Assembly (NCBI RefSeq): GCF_006345805.1
Contig: NC_042997.1
Span: 25,234,001 to 25,298,000, forward strand
Direction: 5' to 3'
Length of the DNA: 64,000 nucleotides
Source: Octopus sinensis
Taxonomy: Eukaryota
Positions 38,404-51,074 of the stretch are shown here, piece by piece (position 1 is the first letter of the stretch; every line of letters starts with the position of its first letter). The notes under the pieces are model-generated. The model was not told where the DNA came from. It saw only the letters and a list, made by a program, of their open reading frames with translations, and searched no databases. A program made the translations under genes and the position numbers.

Positions 38404-39005
38404 AACATTATTTACATTTGACGGTGCCTTGGGTAAATTTCCAGGTACTTTTCGATGTTGTTTACTACTACTACTACTACTACTCAGGTCACTGCTTGAA
38501 ATCGAACTTGGAATCTTAGGGTTAGTAGCCCGCGCTCTTAACCACTACGCCATATGTCCGTGGGCAATTATGGGGTGAATTTTAGGGCTTATAAATCTAA
38601 TACCTTTCTATCCTTCCTTAATACTGGCTCGCATATGCTACTCATATCTGCACTCGGGCTGCTTAGGAGGTTGTTGTGTGCTAGTATATGTGCTGCTTCT
38701 TTTAGTTTTCGTATTTTCCAGTGGTGTTCTCTGTCTATTATTTTGTCTTCATCCCACAGAGTGAGGTGCTCTCCAATTTTCCATACATGATCAGCTATAC
38801 CCGATTTATCAATATCTCCTCGTGTCACAGCTTTGCGATGTTCGTCTACCCTTACTCCATCCCATGCAGCTGTGGTAGGTTATACAACGTCAAAACATGC
38901 TGCCCAGTCAAAATAAGGGTACACGAACATTGCAAAGCTGTGACACCAGGAGATGTTGATAAATCGAGTATAGCTGATCATGTATGGAAAAATGGAGCCC
39001 CTCTC
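38404..39005 (-). pseudogene. Penelope-like element remnant: GIY-YIG endonuclease fragments with a 5' inverted duplication
   Basis: Minus strand reads EHRKAVTRGDIDKSGIADHVWKIGEHLTLWDEDKIIDREHHWKIRKLKEAAH; plus strand reads YSIPCSCGRLY...KIRVHEHCKAV...ADHVWK. The 75-bp inverted arms are 38771-38845 and 38923-38997. Confidence 0.8.
38485..38558 (-). other. tRNA-like (pseudo-tRNA) module downstream of the GIY-YIG stop codon
   Basis: A box tggcgtagtgg and B box gttcgatttc; acceptor and T stems are poorly paired; followed by (TAG)n. Confidence 0.7.
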
Positions 39006-39114
39006 CTGTAAATGAAGAATCTGGTGTGATTATATTAATGGCCGACAAATGTATATACAGTGCATTTCTCGTTTTGTGCTATGAGAACCATCAGCTTTTC
39101 ATTAGCCCTCCTCA

Positions 39115-40215
39115 CTAGTACAAAATCCGCTGCTGTGTGGATGGATTTTTGTTGTTTTGTTGCAGTGACATTTTCTTTGTAAAGTTTGCTGTGTTTTTTA
39201 TTCTCTTGTGAGTGCTTGTGATGGTGTTGGTGATTGTGGTGCTTGTAGTATTGGTGTTGTCATCAGTGAGTTTGTGTTTGCCGTTTCTTGGATTTCTCCC
39301 TTTCTTCTGTATCTCTTTCTCGTTTTTTTTTTTTTTTTTTGCATTTGAGGCTTCTCCCTCACCATCACTTGGATGCGTGGAGGAGTCAGTCTCTTCTATG
39401 TTTTCTCCTGGTATTGTTTGTTCTTGTTCCCTTGTAATTGTTGTTGGTGCTCCTGCTACAGTAGCTTCCGCCACTGATACTGGTGCTACGCTCACTGCCA
39501 CCTTTACTGTAACACCTCCCTGTTTTGTCTCCTTAAGTTCAATTTCTGTCTCCATTACCCTGCCTTTCTGTTGTTTTTATTGTTTTTGTAGACTTATGTG
39601 TTGTGGTGTTTTCGTTTCGACATTTCTTTCTGCCCTTCTGTTCTGGTTCTGTGAGTAGAAAAACTTGAAGTGACCCGTTGAACCACGTTCAACCTTAGTT
39701 CTATACTCCATTCGAGAAGGAAATCAGTTCTGGGACTTTCTCTAACTTCTTTGGCTTCGCGCGAAGAACCTCCAAGGTAGACCACACCCAATCTCCGTCC
39801 TCGATCTTTTAACATCCAAAATATTCTCTCCCTCGTCCATACAAATACAGGCGAGATTCCACCATAAATTTAGGCCTGGCGCGACACCTAGAACCCTATT
39901 TCGTACCACCCTTCTTCTCATGCACGTTCGGAAGAGGGTGATTTCCTCGGTGCGACGCGTGGTCACCGAGCTCTGTATTGCCCGCACTTCGGTCTTAAAA
40001 AGGGTCTCTATTCCGTCGTACTGCCTCGCTTTGGCAATGTGGTGGATATCCTGCCATATGTCTTTCAAATCTTTTTTCTACCTGGTTGCGTTTCACATTT
40101 TCTAATTTCCTTGTCTTTGTTTTCACGCACCTGTCGACGACAACTGTCCATTTAGCTGTAACTTAAAGCGCGTCGCTTGGCGGCGTCAATTCTGCTATCC
40201 TTCCATTCATTTTCA
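39115..40215 (-). pseudogene. Probable LINE (L1/Tx1-like) 5' UTR and frameshifted ORF1
   Basis: Three consecutive minus-strand ORFs (39742-40068, 39594-39815, 39115-39555) form a collinear ~300-codon run with a basic, low-complexity C-terminus, preceded by a CpG-containing leader. Clade assignment is inference. Confidence 0.45.
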
Positions 40216-40777
40216 CATATCTGGCTGCCTTGTTTAGTTTTTCTCTTTTGTTCTCCAAAGAGATGTTAACCAATTCCTTAGCTGCTATGATATTTGCAAG
40301 ACTCTCTTTCCTGCCGCTAACTCAGTTTTTGTTAATCTCTTCGCTGCACCTGTTTTCAATGTTGTTCGTGCTACAAACATTTTCCAAGAAATTTCAATGC
40401 CACTTTGGTTAACAAACGTCAGCCCCTCAGAAGGGCAACTGGCTTGAAAAATGATTTAAATAACAAAATACAGTATATAAAAAATAAATAACACTGAAGC
40501 AAAATAACACCAAATATATAGTGCGTGTGTTTTTATTGGTTAAACTGGCAAAATGAACATTCCGAAATATAACAATATCTGTTTCAACACACGACTTCAC
40601 ATAAAAAATTTTGCACAACAAATATATAAACGTACAGTATAGAACCTTTTAAACAAGTGAATTAGTCATAAACTTACAGCGCCTCCAAAACAAATCTCCA
40701 CCTATGTCAACAACAACAACAACAACAGCAATAATAATAATAATAGTAATAATAACGATGATGATGATACGACGACG

Positions 40778-40883
<106 letters not shown>

Positions 40884-41009
40884 GGCTGGACGTGGCAGAG
40901 GCTGGAGGTGACAGAGGCTGGACGTGTTCTTTGCTGCTCTGACCTGTCAGCAGCTGAAGAGACAGAAACATTAATACAACCCAGCAGGACAACTGAAAAA
41001 ATAACTATT

Positions 41010-41822
41010 AAAGACTGGAATATCTACAGTTTTCTGTGAGTATTTTGAATTTCCCTCAAAATAAGTTAAGGAATTTATATATCAACAGCTTTGGACATAC
41101 AAACGAACACCTCAAAAAATTTGGAAACTTTAATATCTCTAATTTTGTGTGAACATTTTATCTTCCGTTCTTCCCTGACTAACAGAATATGTAAACGTGC
41201 CTTTTATTGTAACAGCACACTTAAATGCACGATAAAAAATTAAGGAAGTAAGCACTGCCAATATATACTTACAGCGCAACAACAAAAACTGTAAACTACA
41301 GCAAAACTTTTTAAAAAATAAGAAAAATTCCAAAAGAAAAAGTGAAAGAAATTCAGAAATTGAAAAATCCAACAAGGTGAGCATCTCTTCCTCCTACTAT
41401 TCCCAAAGACTGGGATATCTACAATTTCTTGTGAATATTTTAAATCTCCCTCAAAATAAAATAAGTTAGGAAACTTACATACCTACAGCTTTTGAACAGA
41501 CAAATGATCAGCTTAAAAATATCCTCCAAAATCTACAACTAATGTGTGACGATTTATCCTTTCCTCTCTGTCCATTAGTATTCGAAAATGTGAACATCAT
41601 CCTCCTTTTTATTCTAAGAACACTACTATTTGTCTCTGTGTGGTCATACAAAAGACCATATTTAGTAAATCTTAATTCAAATTTTACTATCTGCAACTTG
41701 TTTTCTTTCTTTTTGACTTTACCTGAGTGTTCGAAAATGCAAGCACCCTTTTCATTACAAAAGTCCTGTTTTCTCCAACTGGACAAACGAACATCTCAAG
41801 AAAACTTTAAAACTTTAATATA
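41010..41822. repeat. Diverged direct repeat, period about 390 bp (2 copies plus a partial third)
   Basis: aagactgg(a/g)atatctaca...ccctcaaaata at about 41010 and 41406; acaaacgaaca(c/t)ctcaa...aaactttaatat at about 41099 and 41784. Confidence 0.75.
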
Positions 41823-41869
41823 TAACCCAAATTCGTAAACACACATTTTATTGCAACAACACAATCAGA

Positions 41870-41931
<62 letters not shown>

Positions 41932-41936
<5 letters not shown>

Positions 41937-42119
41937 AGCAAAACTCTCGAGAAGTACGTGGGACAAATAGGGGTTGCAATAGGGGCAGAAAATCTCACTG
42001 CTTGGAACCGATCGAATACTCCGGAAGGTGCTCGAAATATAAGAGGGGTTACCTAAGTTCACTGGTAGTGAACAGCTGACACTGTAGTACATCTCCAGCG
42101 CTTGAAGCTGTGCAAAGGC

Positions 42120-42120
<1 letters not shown>
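41932..42120 (+). pseudogene. 3' terminus of an R4/Dong-type LINE (subfamily 3) with a (TAA)n tail
   Basis: VSKTLEKYVGQIGVAIGAE...LLGTDRILRKVLEI*, homologous to ALLDTAHILRRTLSIQ* at 61837. Confidence 0.75.
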
Positions 42121-42196
<76 letters not shown>

Positions 42197-42198
<2 letters not shown>

Positions 42199-42356
42199 TG
42201 CTGTTTATCTTGATATGAGATCACCATGTCACGCACATATGGTTGTGATGCATGTGCCTGGTGTACCCTTATCAGACGAGTAGTCATGATGGGTATATTG
42301 GGCTTCGTATATTTTACCCCAGTGTTACTTTGATAGCATGAACTGCTCTCTCACTC
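42197..42356 (+). mobile_element. 160-bp 3' fragment of element D between (TAA)n tracts
   Basis: tgtgctgtttatcttgatatgagatc...ctctctcactcaataat. Confidence 0.9.
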
Positions 42357-43738
42357 AATAATAATAATAATAATAATGGTTTCAAATTTTTGGACAAAGG
42401 TGGTGGGTACTTCAAAGTACAACTGGTGCATATTTTATCTACCCGAAATGTTGAAAAGAGGCAACGTCGTCTTTGGTGGAATTTGTTCTCAGAAGGTAAA
42501 TGCAGATGAAACACCGGTAGCTTATTTCCCCTGAGCGCTAATGATTCATCCAGCAAGGACGTGTACAGTGACGAAATGCAAATAAAACGGTCGTTTTTTA
42601 AGTAAAGCCGAAGGTAGCAAAACTGCCAATAATAAATAACAACAAGGGAAAAATCCGAAATGATGGTTTGCGATGGGGCAGCGGCTTAGGAACAACCAAG
42701 ATAAACCAAAATATCAACGATTTTTCTTAATAACAGGAATCAGATTGTCCCCACCTCTTATGGGTACATAATGAGTGAAGACTTGTAGGCTAGGAGAATG
42801 CTGGTTTCTAGCCTACTTGCTGCAGGGCAGGACATTCCTTTCTATCTTCATCTTCTTTAAGTAAAACTTGGGTACAACAATGAAAGGTTAACTGAAGCGT
42901 GAAACATATCCCTCTTCAGTCACTTAGACATGTCACCACAATTTTTTCCACTATAATCATCAAACAATTGAAAAACAATTTGCTCTTCCCGGTCAAGGAC
43001 ATAGAACATAGTAATTACATTGATAAATTAACGAGGAGTTGAATACGAAACCACATGCGACGACTATAGTTCGCCAAAACTCTACGAAAATGTTATGCTC
43101 GCATTCTGAGGATGTGAGGCGATCTGCGGACGGCTGACAGCTCTTCCCCGTTTGTTCATTTGAATTAGCTATTACAGATATTTTTTTTATATATTCTGCG
43201 ATTCTTATCGACAACCAAAGTTTTCTTGAAAAAGTCCTCGATCTTCATACTCACTTGCCATCTTATAGAAAGATAAGTGCGCTTGATAAAAATCAAGATG
43301 CAAGACACAAAATCTTGGGCTTCAATAGACCATGAAGTGCAATACCACGAAAGAGTTGCGGTTTTGGAAAATGTACTTCACGAGAAGATAACACTCTTGC
43401 GTACCATCCTGTCGAATATTCCAGCCGTTTGAAAGCAGCATTCTTATATTTCTTTCCCCTCCGCTCCGAATAAACGTTTTGTGACAAGCCGTTCGTCTTC
43501 ACCTCGTCGCACGAGAGAGACTTGGATTCAGAGAGCTCCGAGAAAGAGAAAACGATGTGACACATGTGTATGTTTAAGTTGTACTGATAGTGGTGACGGC
43601 AGTGGTGGTTGTGCTCTCCTGTAAAGCATCTTTTGGTTGTATTCGCTCGTTTTGTTCTCTGATTTTAGAATCTCTTCATTGAAGTTGCAATTGCCCTCGC
43701 TTTTGCTGCAGTTGTGGCAGTTGTTGCTGCTGCTGTTG

Positions 43739-44105
43739 AGCGAACGGTCTTCGCCCCAGAGCTTGCAAGATGGGAGAACTCCGAAACGTGGTCCTTTGCT
43801 ATTTTTAAGACCCGCAGAAGAGAAAGCAGGTCAACCCCCGACACCGAGAGCACTGACGGATGGATGAATGCGCATCCAGGCTCAGCGGTTGCGTAGGACG
43901 TCGGGGAAAAGAAACAGGAAGAAAGAGTGAGAGAAAGTTGGGGCGAAAGAGTACAGCAGGGGTCACCACCACCCCCTGCCGGAGCCTCGTCGAACTTTAG
44001 GTGTTTTCGCTCAATAAACACACACAACGCCCGGTCTGGGAATCGAAACCGCGATCCTCCAACCGCGAGTCCGCTGCCCTAACCACTGGGACATTGCGCC
44101 TCCAC
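43739..44105 (-). mobile_element. SINE, head H1 + tail T4, with 14-bp TSD
   Basis: tgctgctgctgttg at 43725-43738 and 44106-44119; the tail is unrelated to T1-T3. Confidence 0.9.
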
Positions 44106-45464
44106 TGCTGCTGCTGTTGCTGCCACTGTTTCTATACCTACTGTGGTTTTGGATGTTGTTCTGTTAGTTTCATTGATGATGTTGTGAACTTAGCATCATC
44201 ATGGGGTTTGATTTCTAGAGTTTTTACATGGAACTAGCTACTTCCTTCCATCACCAGCCCTACCGACAACTGGACGCCATTTTACAACTCAGACAAACTG
44301 GGGATGCTTTAGGGATTCCCCTGTTTGCATCAGGAACTTTTCTCTCTTCAACCTTGGCAGCCTCTATGCTTCCAGAGTAGCCTTTCAATTCTCTTCATCA
44401 CACCGGCTGCCACTTTCTACAGAATCATTATCTATGGTAGTATATCAACCATTAGCCATACACGCTCTGTGTATAATAATAGAATAAGGTTGAACTTATC
44501 ATATTAAAACTGAGCAGTGAATGAGCTTCTCGTTATAAAATCAAGGAAGAATCTATCATCCACCATTACGTATTCCCTACCTGGAGTGGCGACGTTTTTA
44601 CAGATTCTACTCTGCATTCAAGCATCTGTACTTAGTCCGATTCTTTCACCTTCCCAATTTCAATACCTATTTTCGTTATTTTTAATTTATCTCGAGAGAC
44701 GCTACTGAAAGAGACTTTTCTGCCCTTTTTATTTTTCTGTCCTTTTTAAAAAAAATTTTTTTTTTTTTTACATATCTGGTTATTTTAGTTTCCTATAATT
44801 GTCCCCTACGAGTCATCTAGATTCTCTTGAATGATCTGTTCGTAACTGTTTTACTCCGAGGCTCTTACTGCGCTTACAAGCAAGCGATCCTAGTAGCAGC
44901 CGTGATATCGCTCCTGTTGCTGCTGACGCTAGATTTAAATAGGATGCTACCGACTGCAGAATGGAAGAAATGTTGGTGTTGGTGTCGTTGTTGTTATTGT
45001 TGCTACTGTTCATGGTGGTGATAGTGGTGGTGATGGTGATAGTGGTGGTGGTGGTGGCGTTAGCTAATATTTTGCTATTTGGTTGTTTTATCTGATTGGA
45101 CAGTATTTTTTTTGTTCATTTTTAACATTCATCTTTAGTGTTGTTATTACTTAATTTTCTCTTCACAAACTGCCTAACCATGATCCATATCAACGTCAAA
45201 GTGATTCCGTTGATGAAAAGTACCATAAAACCGGACCCCTGAAAACCTGAAGAATAAGGATTTTAAAAAGCACACCTGAACAATACAAGTAAAAATGCAT
45301 TATTCATAAAAATAATATGAGATATATTTAAAAACAGAAAATTGTAAAAGTTAAGAGCAAACATATGACAATCTAAAGGCGGGGATAGTAAAAGAAATTA
45401 AAAAATAAATACATTCTATAGCTTACAAAAACTAAAAAATCTACTATCGATATTATGGTATTGA

Positions 45465-45746
45465 ACAGACTATCGGATCTTCTTATAAATCGCTCATCAC
45501 AATGCGCATTGCATTCTTTTAGCCTTCAAATGATGCCACCCCTCTGGCTAGGCGAACAGATCAGTATTCTTACCGATCGGAAGACAATTCCATCGCAGGG
45601 TTACCCAGTTACAGATAAGTGGACTGGAGCAACGTGAAAGGAAGTGTTTTACTGAAGAACACAACATGCCGCTCGGTCCAGGAATCGAAACCACAGTCTG
45701 CCAATCGCGAATGCAACACCATCACCACTAGGCCACGCGCCTACAC
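45465..45746 (-). mobile_element. Old SINE, head H2 + tail T2
   Basis: H2 core (gtggactggagcaacgtgaa on the plus strand) joined to ttagccttcaaatgatgccacccctctggctagg, the reverse complement of T2. Confidence 0.75.
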
Positions 45747-46226
45747 GCTGTCAATATACAAATACAAAAACTACAGCTCTAAAATTGTATAATATCGAAT
45801 ATACAAAAGCTGCAATTACAAACACTTTGTCATCACAGAATTAGTGAATATGGACACTAAAATCAACAACGGTTAAAGGAAACTTATAATCGAGCCAGCT
45901 CAATATACTGGCGCAACTAGATGGAACACTAATTAATGAATGCATTTTGAATGCACTACACAGAATTAGATTGATAAAGTTTACGCCTACATGTCGTACA
46001 GGGATATGGGGGACCTCATGAAACTAAAAATCTGTTATGATATAATCAGTGTCTTCTTTCTTCATAGCTCGGCTTTCTCTCTTTAAGGAGGACTACAAGT
46101 ACTGAAGTAAAGTTAAAATAACAGTTTCGAGGAGAAAGTACGAACAACAGAAAGTGGGAAATGGCTAAAAACTGAGCTAAAATTAGGGTTGAAGAAAGCC
46201 ATGCTAAAAAGCCCTACATATGCTAT

Positions 46227-46511
46227 GTGGAGGCACATGGCCTAGTGGTTAGAGAAGCAGACACGCGGTCGAAGGATCACAGGTTCGAATCTCAGACCGG
46301 GCGATGTGAGTGTTTATGAGCGAAACACCTAAGCTCCACGCAGCTCCGGCAGAAGGTAATGGCGAACTTCTGCTGACTCTTTCGCCACAAATTTCTCTCA
46401 CTCTTTCCTCCTGCATCTTGCAGCCCACCTGCGACGGAACTTATACCCCAAGGAAACCGGGAAACCGGCCCTGATGAGCCAGGCATGGCTCAGGAAGGAA
46501 CAAACAAAAAA
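46227..46511 (+). mobile_element. SINE, head H1 + T3-like tail
   Basis: H1 head and body, then ctgcgacgga...gaaaccgggaaaccggccc...atgagcc...catggct. Confidence 0.85.
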
Positions 46512-47253
46512 CCTGCTATAGCTGGGGAAAACAGAATAAAATAGATATGGACAAAAGTAAATCGCCCTGCTGGGTGTTTCAAAGCTTAGATTGAATGATA
46601 TTCGATTTATGCGCAAAATGAAAATATATGAGAAGCAACCAAAATATGTAATGATGAACAATAACCATTTGTAACTGCAAAATATATGGAAACGTGGAAA
46701 AGAAATTATCCCATTGTTTCGGGTTTCCCAATCATAGCCAAGTAAGGGTGCAACTACAGTCACGACAGAGTTGGGGATTTTAGTTGCGGAAATTACGCCA
46801 TTATGAAATACAGTTAAACAATTATGTGGTGGAAAATAGTCTAGAAAAAGACAAGGATATGACAAAGTGACTATATTCATGAATATGTCCATAAACACAG
46901 ACACGGAAAGGAGATCAATGAATATTGACCAGATATCCCTAACAAGATTGATTCTTTATCGAAGTATCCCACTCATCAAATGAAAATGTATCACTCAAAG
47001 AAATTGGAAATTTTTTCTAAATATAGAGACTCAGTTATAATGAAAGCTCATATAACGAAAAGTAGATTCCCAGGAGTTACAATTGTGTAGAACAAACAGA
47101 ACATTGCTCACTGTAAACTGCAAGTATATATTTCGTAAGGTCCACTCAACAGAACACAAGACCCAAGACCAAAATATATAAACACGTACCTAAGGCCGGT
47201 AGAGCTGCACTTTGTAGTGCAGTGACAGCACACAATAAAAATAAGAGTACAGT

Positions 47254-47331
<78 letters not shown>

Positions 47332-48324
47332 CAACAACAATAATAACAGCAAGAACAATAATAATATTGCTTCAAACTTGAAGAAAAAGTTGTTATTGGC
47401 CAATAAAACCATGTAATTTTTAAGCTCCAATGATCTGCAGATTATGATCTGCTCTGGAAATAATAATATCCATAAATTTAAGGTGAAAATGATGACTTAG
47501 GCCAGGGGCATGTGCTAGACAGTTTTGAAATATTCTAATAAAGAAACCATCGAATGTTTTGGACCGCTATATTTCGGATTGTGAATGTTCTCCACGTGAT
47601 TCCGAGAAGGAGGTATCTTCTAAGAGTGTGAAGTTAGTGTGGCAGCAAAACTGAAGATGGTGGTAGGTCGTAGTGGTGGTGGAGGTGGTGGTGGTGGTGG
47701 TGGTGGTGGTGGTGGGTGAGAGCCGAGAGAAGAGTGCGGTGTTTGGTTGGTGGGGATTATGTGGTGGCCTTGGTGGTAGTGGAGACTTAGAGAGGGTGCC
47801 GGTAATGTTATCGTTGTTGCAAGGAAACGATGTTATATGAAACGTGTACATAAACCTATCAGGTTTTCATTGAAATATATAACAATAAAAAGGGCACAAG
47901 ATATATTGAGTGGTAAAAATGTAATAATAATGGCAACAACGATAACAACAACAGCAACAAAAAAATATAATGGCAACACTACCACAAGAGCCAACATCAT
48001 CACCAACATGACCAGAAACAATAATACGGAAAATACGATAGCAAGAACAAGAACAACAACAACAAAACCGAACTTATTAATAATACCGATATAAATATTA
48101 ACGACGATGGCGACAACGATGAAGACACCGACGACGCCGATGACGACGACGATGATGACGTCGACGAAGACCATGATGATGATGATGATGATGATCGCAA
48201 CGCAACACAAAAATAATAACGATAACTTCAATAAAATCGATCAAAACAAACCATCAACAACAACAGTAATAATAATAATAATGATAACAAGAACAGCCAC
48301 AACAACCACGATGATGACGACGAC

Positions 48325-48357
<33 letters not shown>

Positions 48358-48479
48358 GGTATGGTGGTGGTGGTGGTAGTGGTGGTGGTGGTGCTGATGA
48401 TAATATTAATAATAATCTATAAGAAAATATGTCCTTCGGCACACTCCTCTACGTTTGTGTGTGTAGTTGAGTATGAACT

Positions 48480-48655
48480 CACAAACACACAAACATATAC
48501 ATGCATTCATACACACCGGGAACACATATACACATATGCACTTATACACACATACATGTGTACGTTTATATGTATATATGTATGTATATGTATGTGTATA
48601 TATATATGTTTATATATATATGTTTGCATGAATATGTATGTATATGTATATATGT

Positions 48656-48688
<33 letters not shown>

Positions 48689-48766
48689 GTTTGTATGCAT
48701 ATGTATATATATATGTAGGTATAACTATATGTATATATATATATATATACATATATATTTACCTTG

Positions 48767-48820
<54 letters not shown>

Positions 48821-49281
48821 AATGGTAACGTTAATATCATGTAAATATATTTTCAGATTCTTCTGCCGTTTCACTCTTCTTGTAGTTGTTATTGTTGTTA
48901 AACTCTTTCATTCATTCGTTCGTTCGTTCAGTCACGTTTATTTTTTATTTTTTTTATTTTTCTAGGCTTTCCGTTTAATTTTATCCTTTGATTTAAGTAT
49001 ATACGCTTGACACACACAAACACATACACACATAAATATATATGTACATACATTTATACTTAAATGTATATGTGTCTCTATGTATATATATATGTGTCTG
49101 TATATGTATGTATATATATATGTGAATATCTATATACATGTGTGTATATGTATGTATATATACCTGTGTGTGTGTGTGCATGTTCATGTATATTTGTAAT
49201 ATACATTTATACACCGTATACAAACTCATACACACATATATGCATACATTTGTGTATATGCATATTATTATTTATATATAC

Positions 49282-49328
<47 letters not shown>

Positions 49329-49551
49329 TGTATATTATATATACATACATATATATGTAAATATTATATATATATATATATTTATATATATACATACATA
49401 TATATGTATATATGTATATATATATGTATATGTATATATAAATAAAAATAGGCATATAAACAAATGTGCAAATGTACATATATATATGTACAAATGTACA
49501 TATGTATATATATATGCATATATATATATATATATATACATAAATATATAT

Positions 49552-49583
<32 letters not shown>

Positions 49584-49620
49584 ATATATATAATATATAT
49601 ATTTATATATATATATTCAT
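48480..49620. repeat. Long degenerate (TA/TG/CA)n tract
   Basis: Direct reading. Similar tracts occur at 10510-10870, 20640-21600, 22380-22560 and 52705-53070. Confidence 0.95.
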
Positions 49621-51074
49621 AAATGCATACACTCACAAATATATACATTTGTTATTTATTATTTATTCAGCTAATTAAATTATACACACGCAATATTCCA
49701 ACATATCCTACCAAGAAATATATGAAATAAATATATGTGATATTGGAAATACAAATTGCAAAATAAATATACCTAGGAACTAAATTTTATAAGTTTTGAT
49801 TGAAAAACAAAAAAAAAAAAAGACAAACATATATATAGATATATGAATATAATATAAATTTCCAAGTTTCAAGTTTATTTTATAATATAATATGAGATAC
49901 TTGTATGTATTGATATACTTATGTATTTCTTCCAAAAGCTGTTTGTTTCCAATGACCTTCTCTCTCGTTTATACATACGAGATGGCATTTTGAAAACTTC
50001 TAAAGCGTAAGCACGCACGAACGTGCTTAATACGCACGCACCCGCTGCCGTAAAAGCTCACATTGAGATACATCCAAATGCAATTATATATACACTTACA
50101 TACACTCTCTTAATTTCTCTCTCAATATTAATCTCTCTCTCTCTATCTCTCTCTCTCAGGCGGCCAGTTACTAACAAAATATATTAGCCCATAAACAGCA
50201 GCGCGTATGCACGTGTATATAGATACACATACACATGAATTCACGTATACCTGTTTATATTATATTTTTATCTTATTTTATTTTATTTTTATTTTTACTT
50301 TTATTTTTACTTTTATCCTACTTCCGTTTATTTTTATTTTTATTTTTAATTTTATTTTTACTTTTATTCTACTTCCATTTATTCTCATTTTCATTTTCAT
50401 CCCTTACCTTAACTCTTATAATTTTTATAATTCTTATACTTCATTTCTAACTATTACATTGTATTTCTTATTTTATACTGTATTTTTTATTTATAATCTT
50501 TACCCTTACCCTCATTCTTACCCCTAACTTATCGCTTTACACCTCTATATATGTTTATTTACTTACCTATGGATCCACCTTTTGAATATACGAGCGTCCG
50601 CGTACGTGTGTATACGCATACATACATATGCACGCGCATATATGTACATGCATACTTCGATATCTTATAGCTATACCCATGTGCGCGTGTGTCTCTGTGT
50701 GTGTATATGAGTGTATATGTGCACGCACATACGGACACACAGCCGTGTGTGCGTGCGCGTATTGACATGAGTACGGGATTCTTTACATACGTTCTTATAC
50801 ACATCCTTTAATATCTTATACCTGGACCTAGAGGCGTGGGCATATACGTGTGTGTATGTAGTGATGGGGGCGCGTATATACATGTGAGCGTGTACGCGCG
50901 TAATGTCCGTGTATATATGCGGATATTCTGTTGTATGTATGTGTGTGTACGCGCGTGCGTGTGGGTGCGTGTGTGTTTATGTACGTGTTTACACGCGAGT
51001 GCGTGTGTATGCTTATAGGCTTGGAGGCGTATATGTACGCGGGTATGTGGGTGTATATATCCATGATGATATGT

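Noticed and set aside
40950-40980. CTGAAGA-gaca-GAAAC
   Set aside because: No room for stem II and no NUH triplet pairing with stem III.
46470-46500. CTGATGA-GCC...GGC in the SINE T3 tail
   Set aside because: The hairpin is not followed by GAAA, and the related copy at 20200 lacks CTGATGA.
46398-46904. 168-aa minus-strand ORF
   Set aside because: It runs into a SINE, has F/I/Y-rich composition typical of AT-rich non-coding DNA, and shows no motif.
47105-47125. Possible 6-nt microexon on the minus strand (cag|TTTACA|gtgagc)
   Set aside because: Such a pattern is expected by chance in 64 kb, and no host gene has been established.
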